A stretch of DNA of 64,000 nucleotides from an uncultured delta proteobacterium (GTDB lineage Bacteria; Myxococcota_A; Polyangia; Polyangiales; Polyangiaceae), in contig CAWDXG010000004.1 in assembly GCA_963806225.1 (NCBI GenBank), positions 5,600,001-5,664,000 on the forward strand. The letters are read 5' to 3'. The position numbers were made by a program, and so were the translations under genes. This document shows, piece by piece, positions 1 to 9,711 of this stretch. Each line of letters opens with the position of its first letter. The first letter of the stretch is position 1. The notes below the pieces were generated by a model that was not told the DNA's origin, made no database searches, and was given only the letters and a program-made list of their open reading frames with translations.

Positions 1-1
1 G

Positions 2-715
2 GCGCGCTTCCACCGCGTGCGCGGTCGGCTCGCCGACGCGCGCGGCCGCATCGACGAAAACGAGATCGCCAGCATCCTCGGCGATCGCAGCGACCCGCGC
101 TGCCGCCTGCGCCACGCGATCGCGATGCCGATGACCGTCGCTTCGGTGGTGTTCCGGCCGGGCGACGCCCTGGTGTACGTCGCACCGGGGCGCGCGCCAA
201 CGTCGAACCGCGAGTTCGTGGCATTCGACCTGGCGCGCGAGGATCTCCGCGAGGATCTGCCCGCCCTTCGCGGCGGAATACCCGACGACGCGGACGCGCG
301 CGACGCCTTCGACGCCTATCGCGACGCGTACGAGGCGTACTTCAACAGCTCCGACACCGCGTCGGCGCGGCGTCACATCGCTCGCGCGTGCACGCTCGCG
401 CCGGGCGAAGCGCTGTATCACTTCATGAACGGGTTGCTCGCGCTGGTCGACCGCGCGCCGTCGGCCGCCGAGCACGCTTTCGATCGCGCGCTCGAGCTCG
501 GTCACCCCGACGCCGAGCGTCTCGCGGCGTTCCACCTCTGGCGCGCACGCAGCCGCGACGTACAGGGCCGCCGCGCCCAGGCGCTCTCCGACTACCGCAT
601 GGTGGAACGCGCCGATCACGCCGTCGAGCGCGCCGCCCAGCGCGGCCTGCGTCGCGCCTGGCGCCCGCGGCGCTTCGGCATCGAGTTCGCTCTGGCCGAC
701 GTGCCGACACCGTAG
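2..715 (+). CDS. C-terminal part of a probable C45-family peptidase/acyltransferase with a TPR-like tail (5' end outside window)
   Basis: Frame is open from the window edge. TVASVVFRP..VYVAPGRAPTS resembles the C45 C-terminus; a helical TPR-like segment follows. Confidence 0.45.
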   Translation, partial: ARFHRVRGRLADARGRIDENEIASILGDRSDPRCRLRHAIAMPMTVASVVFRPGDALVYVAPGRAPTSNREFVAFDLAREDLREDLPALRGGIPDDADARDAFDAYRDAYEAYFNSSDTASARRHIARACTLAPGEALYHFMNGLLALVDRAPSAAEHAFDRALELGHPDAERLAAFHLWRARSRDVQGRRAQALSDYRMVERADHAVERAAQRGLRRAWRPRRFGIEFALADVPTP

Positions 716-733
716 CGGCGCGCGCCGCGCTGC

Positions 734-1576
734 CTAGCTCTGGGCGGGCGGCGGGACGGAGTCGCGGGCGGCTATCGCGCGCAGGCGCTGGGCGACGTGA
801 CGCAGCGACTCGAGGATGCCGATCGTGATGTAGACCGAGAGCAGCCACACCAGCACGAACTGCGGCTTGAAGCGCCGCCACACGAAGGCGCTCGACGCCA
901 GAGTGAACAGCACCAGCAGCACGGTGCCCGTGTTCAGCTTCAGCTCCTTGAAGGAGCGGAACTTGACGTTCGAGACCATGAGCAGGCTCAGGCCGATGGT
1001 GACGGCGAAGAGCATGATCGTGTAGCGCTCGTGGCCCAGCGCGCCGCCCACTGCGTGGTTTGCCACCACCAGCGAGATGAGGATGCCGGAGGCGGGGGGG
1101 ATCGGCAGCCCAACGATGTATTTGCCAGGCTTGGTCGGCTTTCCGCTGGCGCTGGAGGCCAGGACGTTGAAGCGGGCTAGCCGGATGGCGCCACAGGCCA
1201 CGAACAGGAAAGCCGTGAGCAGTCCCGCGACCGGATGCCGGTAGAGCACCCACTTGTAGACGAGCAGGGAGGGGGCGACGCCGAACGAGACGATGTCGGC
1301 CAGCGAGTCGATCTGCAGGCCGAAGGCGCTCTGGGTCTTCGTCATGCGGGCGACGCGGCCGTCCATCAGGTCGAACAGCATCGCGAAGATGAGCAGCACC
1401 GCGGCGCGATAGAAGTCGTCGACCGTGACGTTGTTGGCCGCCACGATGCGGATCGCGTTGAAGCCGCAGAAGATGCTGGCCAGCGTGATCAGGTTCGGGA
1501 GGACGAACAGGGTCTTCCTGAGATCGACGCGCCTGCGGAGCCGTTTTCTGCGACGTCTGGTGCGACGGAACCCCAC
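734..1576 (-). CDS. pssA: CDP-diacylglycerol--serine O-phosphatidyltransferase
   Basis: LPNLIT N-terminus, CDP-alcohol phosphotransferase motif DLMDGRVAR...FGLQIDSLADIVSFGVAP, RLARFNV, GLPIP. Confidence 0.92.
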   Translation of the reverse strand: MGFRRTRRRRKRLRRRVDLRKTLFVLPNLITLASIFCGFNAIRIVAANNVTVDDFYRAAVLLIFAMLFDLMDGRVARMTKTQSAFGLQIDSLADIVSFGVAPSLLVYKWVLYRHPVAGLLTAFLFVACGAIRLARFNVLASSASGKPTKPGKYIVGLPIPPASGILISLVVANHAVGGALGHERYTIMLFAVTIGLSLLMVSNVKFRSFKELKLNTGTVLLVLFTLASSAFVWRRFKPQFVLVWLLSVYITIGILESLRHVAQRLRAIAARDSVPPPAQS

Positions 1577-1720
1577 CCACCCAAGCTAGCTGTACGCCGT
1601 GCAGGCGTCCAGAAGCACGGCGCCGTGGCCGCGTGCCACGCCTGCTGCCGGGCAGCGGGCCGACCGGCTGTCGCGTCAAGTTTGGCCCGCGCGCGGCTCG
1701 CCTCCTACGATTCGGCCAGG

Positions 1721-2539
1721 ATGCGACCGCTTCTATCCAGTTCCCTTTCCATCGCCCTGGTGCTGACGCTCGGGGCCTCGGTGACCGCGTGCGCCGGGCA
1801 GAGCCAGGCGACCAAGAAGCACCTGGCCGACCTGGAGGACACGGTCACCCGCTTGCAGAACGGCCAGGACCGGCTCGAGGAGCGCCTCGTCGCGCTCGAG
1901 CTGAACTCCCGGCAACACCACCAGAAGAAGGAATCCGCCTCGGCGTCCGAGCCGTCGGATCCCGCCCGCCCGGAGCTGGCGGTCGTCAAACTGGCCCCCG
2001 GCGGGTCGCAGGACGCGGAGGCACCGGGCCGGGGCGAAATCGACATGCCGCCGGCGGATCCGCCGCCCGAGTCAGACGACGGGCCGCGCCCGGTGCTGCG
2101 CGCGAGCGGCCACGAGCAGGGGCGCATCGAGGAGCGTCAGGGCAAGAAGTCCCGCGAGAAGCAGACGGCTGAGGCTGCCAAGCAGTACAAGGCCGCGCTC
2201 GGCCTGGTGCGTGGCAAACAGTACGGACCCGCACTGCACGCGCTCGCCGCCTTCGTCAAGCAGCACCCGGATCATCCGTACGCCGACAACGCGCTCTACT
2301 GGAGCGGCGAGTGCTACTACGCCCAGGGCAAGTACAAGCAAGCGGCCCAGACGTTCCGCGACCTGCTCCATCGCTATCCCGCCGGGAACAAGGTGCCCGA
2401 CGCGCTCCTGAAGCTGGGCATGACCGAAGCCCAGCTTGGCCGCGAGCACGAGGCGCGAGCGAGCTTCGCGCTTTTGAGCCAGAATTATCCAAGCGCCTCG
2501 GCCGCGCAGCGCATCCCCCAGGGGTACAGGGAGCCATGA
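1721..2539 (+). CDS. cpoB: Tol-Pal associated TPR lipoprotein, YbgF/CpoB-like
   Basis: Lipobox-like VTAC, coiled coil, TPR motifs YADNALYWSGECYY and YPAGNKVPDALLKLG; ATG at 1721. Confidence 0.8.
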   Translation: MRPLLSSSLSIALVLTLGASVTACAGQSQATKKHLADLEDTVTRLQNGQDRLEERLVALELNSRQHHQKKESASASEPSDPARPELAVVKLAPGGSQDAEAPGRGEIDMPPADPPPESDDGPRPVLRASGHEQGRIEERQGKKSREKQTAEAAKQYKAALGLVRGKQYGPALHALAAFVKQHPDHPYADNALYWSGECYYAQGKYKQAAQTFRDLLHRYPAGNKVPDALLKLGMTEAQLGREHEARASFALLSQNYPSASAAQRIPQGYREP

Positions 2540-3954
2540 GCCGTCCCAGCACGATCCTGTTGTCCGTTTCCGCGATTGCGGTGGCGGCCCTGTGCGCCGC
2601 GCCGGCGCTGGCGCAGCAGGGAGGTGGCGACAGCAACGGCAGCGGCAACGGCAGCGGACCAGTGACGGTCGGCACGGGCAGCGGCCAGCCGACGACCATC
2701 GTGGTGCAGCCCAGCACGACCACGACCACCACGACGGTGCCGCCGCCGGGCTATCCCGCGCCCGGTACAGACATCAACGCGGGGTTGCCGTCGAGCTCAC
2801 GACCGGTGAACACCACGTCGCAGGGCGACACGTTTGATCTGAACCAGGGATCGTCGGCGGGCGGCACGGTCTACGGCGGCAAGAACTCGAGCGCGATCAT
2901 CAGCGGGAAATCGGTCAGCGTGCCCGAGATCCACACCGTCCGTCGCGGCGACACGCTCTGGGATCTGTGCGGCACCTACTACAACAACCCCTGGAACTGG
3001 CCGAAAGTCTGGTCCTACAATCCGCAGATCCAGAACCCGCACTGGATCTACCCGGGCGATCAGATCCGCATGCGTCAGCCGGGCAGCGAGCCGCGTTCCA
3101 CGCTCGCGTCGCTGCACGGCCTGTCGGGGCAGGGTCCGAACGGTGCGGGCGGTCCTGGTGGCGGAGCCGGCACATCGGGGGTGCCCTCGCAGACCGTGTT
3201 CCTGCGCGAGAAGGGCTACATCGACGACCCGTCCAAGGACACCTGGGGCGACATCGTGGGCTCCCGCGAGGATCAGATGCTGCTGAGCTCCGGCAACCAC
3301 GTGTACATGCAGCTCAAGCCCGGCAAGAAGGTCGCCCCCGGGCAGCTCCTCACCATCTACCGCCCGGTGCGTCAGCCGAAGAACCTCAAGGGCGCGCGCC
3401 GGCCGCCCGGGGAAATCATCGCGATCAAGGGCACGGTCAAGGTCGACCAGTGGGATCCGAAGAACCGTGTCGCCCGCGGAACCATCACCGAGTCGCTCGA
3501 CGTGATCGAGCGGGGCGCGAAAGTGGGACCGGTCGGGCGCCGCTTCGACGTGGTGGAGCCCAAGGTCAACGACAAGACGGTGTGGGCGCGGGTGCTGACA
3601 AGCGTGTACCCGCACATCTACCTGGCGCAGAACCAGGTGGCCTTCATCGACAAGGGTTCGGAAGATGGCCTCTCGCCGGGCAACCGCCTGTTCGTGGTGC
3701 GGCGCGGCGACGCCTGGCGGCGCAGCCTCAAGACGGCGTCCGACTCGGCGCGCCAGCGCGTGCGCATGGATGACCCCGGCACGGCGCCCATCGAGCGGAC
3801 GCCCACCCAGGGCAACGAGAAGGACTTCCCCGAGGAAGTGATCGGCGAGCTGCGCGTGCTGCGCACCCGTCGCTACAGCTCGATCTGCCTCGTCACCGTC
3901 TCGCACCGCGAGCTCGTGCCGGGCGATCGCGCGGTCGCGCGCAAGGGATACTGA
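2536..3954 (+). CDS. LysM peptidoglycan-binding domain protein
   Basis: Signal peptide; HTVRRGDTLWDL...WPKVWSYNPQIQNPHWIYPGD LysM signature; ATGA overlap with the upstream stop. Confidence 0.88.
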   Translation: MSRPSTILLSVSAIAVAALCAAPALAQQGGGDSNGSGNGSGPVTVGTGSGQPTTIVVQPSTTTTTTTVPPPGYPAPGTDINAGLPSSSRPVNTTSQGDTFDLNQGSSAGGTVYGGKNSSAIISGKSVSVPEIHTVRRGDTLWDLCGTYYNNPWNWPKVWSYNPQIQNPHWIYPGDQIRMRQPGSEPRSTLASLHGLSGQGPNGAGGPGGGAGTSGVPSQTVFLREKGYIDDPSKDTWGDIVGSREDQMLLSSGNHVYMQLKPGKKVAPGQLLTIYRPVRQPKNLKGARRPPGEIIAIKGTVKVDQWDPKNRVARGTITESLDVIERGAKVGPVGRRFDVVEPKVNDKTVWARVLTSVYPHIYLAQNQVAFIDKGSEDGLSPGNRLFVVRRGDAWRRSLKTASDSARQRVRMDDPGTAPIERTPTQGNEKDFPEEVIGELRVLRTRRYSSICLVTVSHRELVPGDRAVARKGY

Positions 3955-3961
3955 CGCCCGG

Positions 3962-4456
3962 TCAGGGGTGGTTGTAGTTGACAGGCTGGTTCTGCCCGGC
4001 GGTGCGTCGGGCGGCCTGGCGCTGGGCCTGGATGACGACGTAGGCCGCGGCGGTCGCCGCCGACCCCTGTTCGGACTGTGACTCGGGGCCGGGGGGAGGC
4101 GAGGCGGGAGCCTGCGACGAAGCAGGAGGCGTCGCGGCGGGCGGCGTCCCTGCCGGAGCGGCGGGAGGCGAGGGGGGCGCACCCTGCGGAGCCGGGCCCG
4201 CCGGCATCCGGCGCGGCATCGGCGGCGGATAGCCCGGCGGAGGCTGATTCGGCGCACACACACAGCCCGACGTGGTGTGCTCCACCAGCACGAACGCCGA
4301 CATGTGCATTCCGAGCTGCGCGCACGACTTCTGGCAAGCCGTCGGCCCGCGGTCCTCGCTCTCGAGGTCTTCCGCCGACTTGTAGCCACGGTAGCAGCCC
4401 CCGACGAACAGCGGAATCAACAGCACTGCGCCCACGAAGCCAGCCCGGATCGCCAT
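3962..4456 (-). CDS. Hypothetical lipoprotein with Pro-rich linker
   Basis: MAIRAGFVGAVLLIPLFVGGC signal/lipobox, a small Cys cluster, then a Pro-rich stretch. Confidence 0.6.
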   Translation of the reverse strand: MAIRAGFVGAVLLIPLFVGGCYRGYKSAEDLESEDRGPTACQKSCAQLGMHMSAFVLVEHTTSGCVCAPNQPPPGYPPPMPRRMPAGPAPQGAPPSPPAAPAGTPPAATPPASSQAPASPPPGPESQSEQGSAATAAAYVVIQAQRQAARRTAGQNQPVNYNHP

Positions 4457-4680
4457 GCAGCGAGGATATCCAACCGGGAAGCGCGTGCCAAGCCGATGCT
4501 GCGGGCCCTCGGGGGGCACAACCCCCGCGCCACACGAGTTCGCGGGGCGTAGTGGTTACCACCTATTGTCCCCGCGCACGCCCCACCCGTAGCGTGAGAA
4601 GTGCCGCCCCCCATTTCCTCAGGGCGGCACGAGGCAACGTGGCAGAAGCACCTGGCACGCCATCCAACCCACGCGACAGC

Positions 4681-6123
4681 ATGGTCGAGCCGGGAGAGAT
4701 CCTGGCCGGGAAGTACCGCATCGAGCGCGTGCTCGGCGCGGGCGGAATGGGCGTCGTCGTGGCGGCGCACCACATCGAGCTCGACGAGCGCGTCGCGATC
4801 AAGTTCCTGCTGCCGCAAGCAGTGAAGAGCCCGGAAGCCGTCGCCCGTTTCACCCGCGAGGCGCGCGCCGCCATCAAGATCAAGAGCCATCACGTCGCGC
4901 GCATCACCGACGTGGGCACCCTCGAGAGCGGCGCGCCGTACATGGTCATGGAGTACCTGGAGGGGCAGGACCTTTCCGCGATGGTGCGCGAGCGCGGGGC
5001 GCTGCCCGTCGCCGAGGCTGTGGAGCTCGTGATCCAGGCCTGCGACGCCATTGCCGAGGCGCACGCGCTCGGCATCGTGCATCGCGATCTCAAGCCAGCG
5101 AATCTGTTCTGTGTGCAGGGCGCGGACGGCCTTCCCGCGGTCAAGGTGCTCGACTTCGGGATCTCCAAGGTCACTACTCTGGACGGCCTGGACATGACGC
5201 GCACCACCGCCGTCATGGGCTCGCCCTTCTACATGTCGCCCGAGCAGATGACCTCGGCCAAGAGCGTCGACGCACGCGCCGACATCTGGGCGCTTGGCGT
5301 CGTGCTGTACGAATTGCTCGCGGGCCGTCCGCCGTTCCAGGGCGAAACGCTGCCCGAGCTGTCCGTCCGCATTGCCACCGAGACGCCGCCGCCACTCAGA
5401 AACTACCGCCCGGATTTGCCGGACGGTATCGAGCCGGTGATCCTCAGGTGCCTGGAGAAGGACCGCGAGCAGCGCTACGCCAACGTGGCCGAACTGGTCA
5501 GCGCGCTCGTGGAGTTCGGGCCCAAGCGCTTGCGCACGTCCGCCGAGCGCATCTCGCGCATCATCCAGAACGCCGGGCTCTCGAAGAGCGCGGTGCAGCT
5601 GCCGCCTTCGTCGGAGATGCCGCCGCCGGCGGCCGGGACCGTCGCGGCGTGGGGCGCGACCGGGGTGCCTGGCGAACGTGGATCGCGGCGTGGGCTCGTG
5701 GCTCTTCTTGGTATCGGCGTCGTCGTTCTCGGCGCCGTGGGCGCGGCGTTGGTACTGCACACCAGCAAGACCGCCGTCGCGGCGCCGGCCAGCGCGACGC
5801 CAGCGGCCGCGCTGCCGAGCGCGCCGTCCGCGGCGGCACCGGCTGTCGTTCCCGTCCCACCTTCGGCGCCAGAGCCCGTCGCGAGCGCCGCGCCGAGCGC
5901 GTCTGCAGCGGTCCACGCGGAAACACCACCCGTGGCGGCACAGGTGCCCGCCCGGCACTTCAAGCCCGCTCCGGGGCACGTCCCGGTGAAGCACGTCGCC
6001 AAGCCCGCCGCGGCGAAGCCGCCTGCAGCGCCCGCGCATACGGCCAAGGCCGCCCCGAACTGCAACCCCCCGTACACGATCGGTCCCAACGGAAACCACG
6101 TCTACAAGCCGCAATGTCTCTGA
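4681..6123 (+). CDS. Membrane-anchored Hanks-type Ser/Thr protein kinase
   Basis: GAGGMG, VAIK, HRDLKPAN, DFG, GSPFYMSPE, DIWALG; one TM helix, Pro/Ala linker, C-terminal CNPPY...KPQC peptide. Confidence 0.95.
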   Translation: MVEPGEILAGKYRIERVLGAGGMGVVVAAHHIELDERVAIKFLLPQAVKSPEAVARFTREARAAIKIKSHHVARITDVGTLESGAPYMVMEYLEGQDLSAMVRERGALPVAEAVELVIQACDAIAEAHALGIVHRDLKPANLFCVQGADGLPAVKVLDFGISKVTTLDGLDMTRTTAVMGSPFYMSPEQMTSAKSVDARADIWALGVVLYELLAGRPPFQGETLPELSVRIATETPPPLRNYRPDLPDGIEPVILRCLEKDREQRYANVAELVSALVEFGPKRLRTSAERISRIIQNAGLSKSAVQLPPSSEMPPPAAGTVAAWGATGVPGERGSRRGLVALLGIGVVVLGAVGAALVLHTSKTAVAAPASATPAAALPSAPSAAAPAVVPVPPSAPEPVASAAPSASAAVHAETPPVAAQVPARHFKPAPGHVPVKHVAKPAAAKPPAAPAHTAKAAPNCNPPYTIGPNGNHVYKPQCL

Positions 6124-7070
6124 CCCGCTTTTCCTCCGCCAGCTTCTTCGCTTGCTCGATCGTCGTTGCCGCCGGGCTGCTCGCGCGCCCGGCGCACGCC
6201 GATCCGAAGGCCGAGTGCATCCAGGCCAACACCAAGGCGCAGAACCTCCGCAACGCCGACCAGCTCGTCGAGGCGCGCGCCCAGCTCCTGATCTGCGCGC
6301 GCGGCGTGTGCCCCGGCCCGGTGCGTGCGGACTGCACGCAATGGCTCGGCCAGGTGAACGACAGCCTGCCGACCATCGTGCTCGGAGCGAAGGACCCTGA
6401 AGGAAACGATCTGGTGCAGGTCCAGGTCTCCATGGACGGCAAGCTGCTCAGCCGGACGATCGACGGCCGCGCGCTGTCCATCGACCCCGGCGCCCACAAG
6501 CTAGTCTTCGAAGAGAAGGGCCAGCCCCCGCTGAGCCGCCAGATCGTCATCCACGAGGGCGAGAAGAACCGCGAGATCGACGTCAGGATAGGGACTGCGC
6601 CGAAAGCTGCGCCCGCGAGCGCGCCCGGGTCCGCCCCAGCGCGAAGCGCACAGTCCGACCCCGCGCCGGGGCCGGGCGGCGCGGCACCGCCGTCGCCTTC
6701 GCCCATGCCCGATCAACCCCGGGAGCAGCACGGCTCCACCGGCTCGACCCAGCGCACCCTCGGCCTCCTCGCCGGCGGCGTCGGCCTCGTCGGCGCCGGC
6801 GTCGGCACCGTCTTCGCCCTCAAGTCCCAATCCAAGTGGAACGACGCCAAGACCGCCTGCGGCCCTGGCTGCGGCCCAGGCTCCGAAGCCTACGCTCTCA
6901 ACGACCAGTCGAAACAAGCCGGCACCCTGGCTGCCATTTCGTTCGTAGCTGGCGGCGCCCTGCTCGTCACCGGAGTCGTGCTGTGGCTGACCGCGCCGAG
7001 CAAAGAAAGCGCGCCCGCTGTCGGCGCGGCGATCGGGCCCGGGCGGGTGAGCGTCGTGGGGAGGTTTTGA
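6114..7070 (+). CDS. Exported TPR/PEGA-like kinase-partner protein
   Basis: Overlaps the kinase stop. Signal peptide, Cys-containing helical N-domain, PEGA-like beta domain (IDPGAHKLVF), hydrophobic C-terminal hairpin ending VVGRF. Confidence 0.7.
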   Translation: MSLTRFSSASFFACSIVVAAGLLARPAHADPKAECIQANTKAQNLRNADQLVEARAQLLICARGVCPGPVRADCTQWLGQVNDSLPTIVLGAKDPEGNDLVQVQVSMDGKLLSRTIDGRALSIDPGAHKLVFEEKGQPPLSRQIVIHEGEKNREIDVRIGTAPKAAPASAPGSAPARSAQSDPAPGPGGAAPPSPSPMPDQPREQHGSTGSTQRTLGLLAGGVGLVGAGVGTVFALKSQSKWNDAKTACGPGCGPGSEAYALNDQSKQAGTLAAISFVAGGALLVTGVVLWLTAPSKESAPAVGAAIGPGRVSVVGRF

Positions 7071-7080
7071 GTTGGGATTC

Positions 7081-8146
7081 GTGAGGCGCATAAAACGTTT
7101 GCAGGCTCGCGCTGGTGCTGCCTGCGGGCGTCGCCGTTGCGTGCGGGGGAACGCTGCCGGGGACTAGCAACGCCAAGCCGATGACGCTCGCCGTAAAGCA
7201 GGCTGTCCCAACAGCCATCGCGGTCGACTCGACGAGCGTCTACTGGTTGAACTCTGCCCCAGCCTCCACCGACAAGGGGGCCGTGATGAAAGTGGCGCCT
7301 TTGGGTGGAAGCGCGACCACCCTTGCCTCGGGCCAGGCCAACCCAACGGCTATCGCGGTCGACGCGACGAGCGTGTACTGGACGAACGGCGGCTATGGTA
7401 ACAGTGACGGGGCGGTGATGAGGGTGCCGCTTTCCGGTGGAACTCCGACCACGCTGGTGTCTGGTCAGGACAATCCCGACGCCATCGCAGTTGACGCGAC
7501 GAGCGTCTACTGGACGAACCAAGGCGCCGTTTCCAACCAGTACAACGACGGGGCGGTGATGAGGGTGTCGCTTTCCGGCGGAACGCCGACCACGCTTGCG
7601 TCACAGCAAGCTAGCCCAGCAGGCATCGCGGTCGACTCAAATAGCGTTTACTGGACGAACGCCGGGCCTAGCTTGACCGGTTATGGCAACAACCACGGCA
7701 GCGTGATGAGAGCGGCGCTTTCGGGCGGAACGCTCACAACGCTAGCCTCGGGACAGAACGCGCCGGTAGGCATCGCGGTTGACGCGACGAGCGTCTACTG
7801 GACGAACCAAGGCACCTCTTCGAACCTGTATAACGACGGGATGGTAATGAGCGTTCCGCTTTCGGGCGGGGCGGTAACCACGCTCGCCTCCGGCCAGAAC
7901 GAGCCGATAGGCATCGCGGTGGACGGAACGAGCGTGTACTGGACGAACTCCGCCCTGAACGTCCCCGCCGAGCACGACGGCACCGTGATGAAGATAGCGA
8001 TTTCAGGGGGAAACCAAACCACCTTTGCCACGGCGCAGTTCTCCCCGGTGAGTATCTCAGCCGACTCGACGAGCGTCTATTGGACGAACGCAGGCGCTGC
8101 CCCAACATTCGCGGACCATGGCAGCGTGATGAAGGCGCCGAAATGA
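7081..8146 (+). CDS. Beta-propeller repeat lipoprotein (7 repeats of IAVDxTSVYWTN); probable frameshift in the signal peptide
   Basis: Seven ~45-aa repeats in ORF 7115..8146; lipobox VAVAC; likely GTG start at 7081 is in another frame. Confidence 0.75.
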
Positions 8147-9098
8147 CCCGAAGGATAGCGTGCGCGCCCTCCGACCTGGGTAGGGCACCGCCTGCCGCCC
8201 GAAGGTTCATCGCGTCGTGGGCTGTCATGCTTGGTCTCGGCGCGTGCGGTGGGAAACTACCTGGGCTTGGCAACGCCGAGCCGACCGCGCTCGCATCAAG
8301 GCAGGCTGGCCCGGTCGCCATCGCGCTCGACTCGACGAGCGCTTACTGGACAAACTGCGACCCAGTGTCCCCCGACCAGGGCACGGTGATGAACGCGGCG
8401 CTTTCGGGGCGAAGCCCGGCCACGCTTGCATCGGGGCAGGTGAGCCCTGTGGCCATCGCGGTCGATTCTGACGAGCGTGTACTGGGTGGACAGTAACTAC
8501 GGCAACAGCGGCGGCACGGTGATGAGGGGACCGCTCTCGGGCGGAACTCCGACAACGCTCGTGTCTGGGCAAGGCAGTCCTGACGCCATCGCGGTCGACC
8601 CGACGAGCGTCTACTGGGGGAACGAAGGAACTGGGGACGGCGATGGCGCGCTGATGAAGGCGTCGCTCTCCGGTGGAAGCCCGACGACCCTTGCCTCAGG
8701 GCAGGCTGGTCCGGATGCGATCGCGGTGGATGCGACGAGCTGTTTACTGGGCGGACGCAGGGACTGGGAACAGCGACGGTACGGTGATGAAGGTGCCGCT
8801 CTCGGGTGGAAGCCCGACGACCCTTGCCTCAGGGCAGGCTGGCCCAGCCGCCATCGCGGTTGACGCGACGAGCGTGTATTGGACGAAGTTTCCCGAGAAC
8901 TCCCCCGCAGACGGGACGGTACTGAAAGTGCCGCTTCTAGGCGAAGGCCCGAGCACCAGCCTCACCACGCTGGCGTCGGAGCAGGACACGCCGTCGGCGA
9001 TTGCGGTCGACGCGACGAGCGTCTACTGGACGAATGAAGGCACTTCCCGTGCCCCGGCCTTCGAGGAGAACGGCACGGTCATGAAGGCCACCAAGTAA
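8143..9098 (+). pseudogene. Paralogous beta-propeller lipoprotein (6 repeats) split by two frameshifts (real decay or sequence error)
   Basis: Same IAVDxTSVYW repeats spread over ORFs 8080, 8477 and 8673; shifts near 8470 and 8745; lipobox LGAC. Confidence 0.7.
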
Positions 9099-9145
9099 AC
9101 CCATCGCTGGCATGCGGCCAATGAACGAATGAAGGAGAAACCGTG

Positions 9146-9604
9146 ATGCGACCAAACCGGCCTCTACTCGTTCTGCTAGCGCTGGTGGGGGCAGCCCTCC
9201 CAGCTTTTGCATGCGGTGGCAGCACCTTGCCTGGCAAGAGGACCAGCAGCGGAGGATCGAGCGCCGGCGGAGGCGGTGCAGGTGCCGGGGGCTCGCCAAC
9301 TGCAAGCGGGGGTTCGAGCGGCTCTGGCAGCGGCGGTTGTGTGGCGGTCTCTACGGGCGATCCGGCTTGCGACTCTTGCGTGGACAGTTTTTGCTGCAGC
9401 CAGGTCGCGGCCTGTTTCAGCGACATCAATTGCAAGGGTCTGCTCGTCTGCATCGTCCAGAACTGCGCAAGCCCCGCGAGCTCAAACGACTTCAATACCT
9501 GCATCAACCAGGACTGCAAGCAGTACGCAAGCGCCTTGAACGAGTACAACGAGGTTGGCGCTTGCGAGCAGAACCACTGCAACACCCAGTGTGGCGCAGG
9601 TTAG
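9146..9604 (+). CDS. Small Cys-rich lipoprotein
   Basis: Signal peptide, AFAC lipobox, Gly/Ser linker, CxxC...CC...CxxxC Cys pattern. Confidence 0.75.
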   Translation: MRPNRPLLVLLALVGAALPAFACGGSTLPGKRTSSGGSSAGGGGAGAGGSPTASGGSSGSGSGGCVAVSTGDPACDSCVDSFCCSQVAACFSDINCKGLLVCIVQNCASPASSNDFNTCINQDCKQYASALNEYNEVGACEQNHCNTQCGAG

Positions 9605-9711
9605 ATGTGGACCTCTGACGCAAGCGCCTCGGGGGCGGACGGGAAACACCGCCGATAACGTCGTCGCCACGACGACCAACGTCCGGTGCGCACGGTGATG
9701 GGAGCCGACAC

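Noticed and set aside
9605..9711. Riboswitch in the leader of the Cys-rich gene (hairpin gtcgtcg-cca-cgacgac)
   Set aside because: Only a short hairpin; no convincing match to a riboswitch consensus I can recognise.
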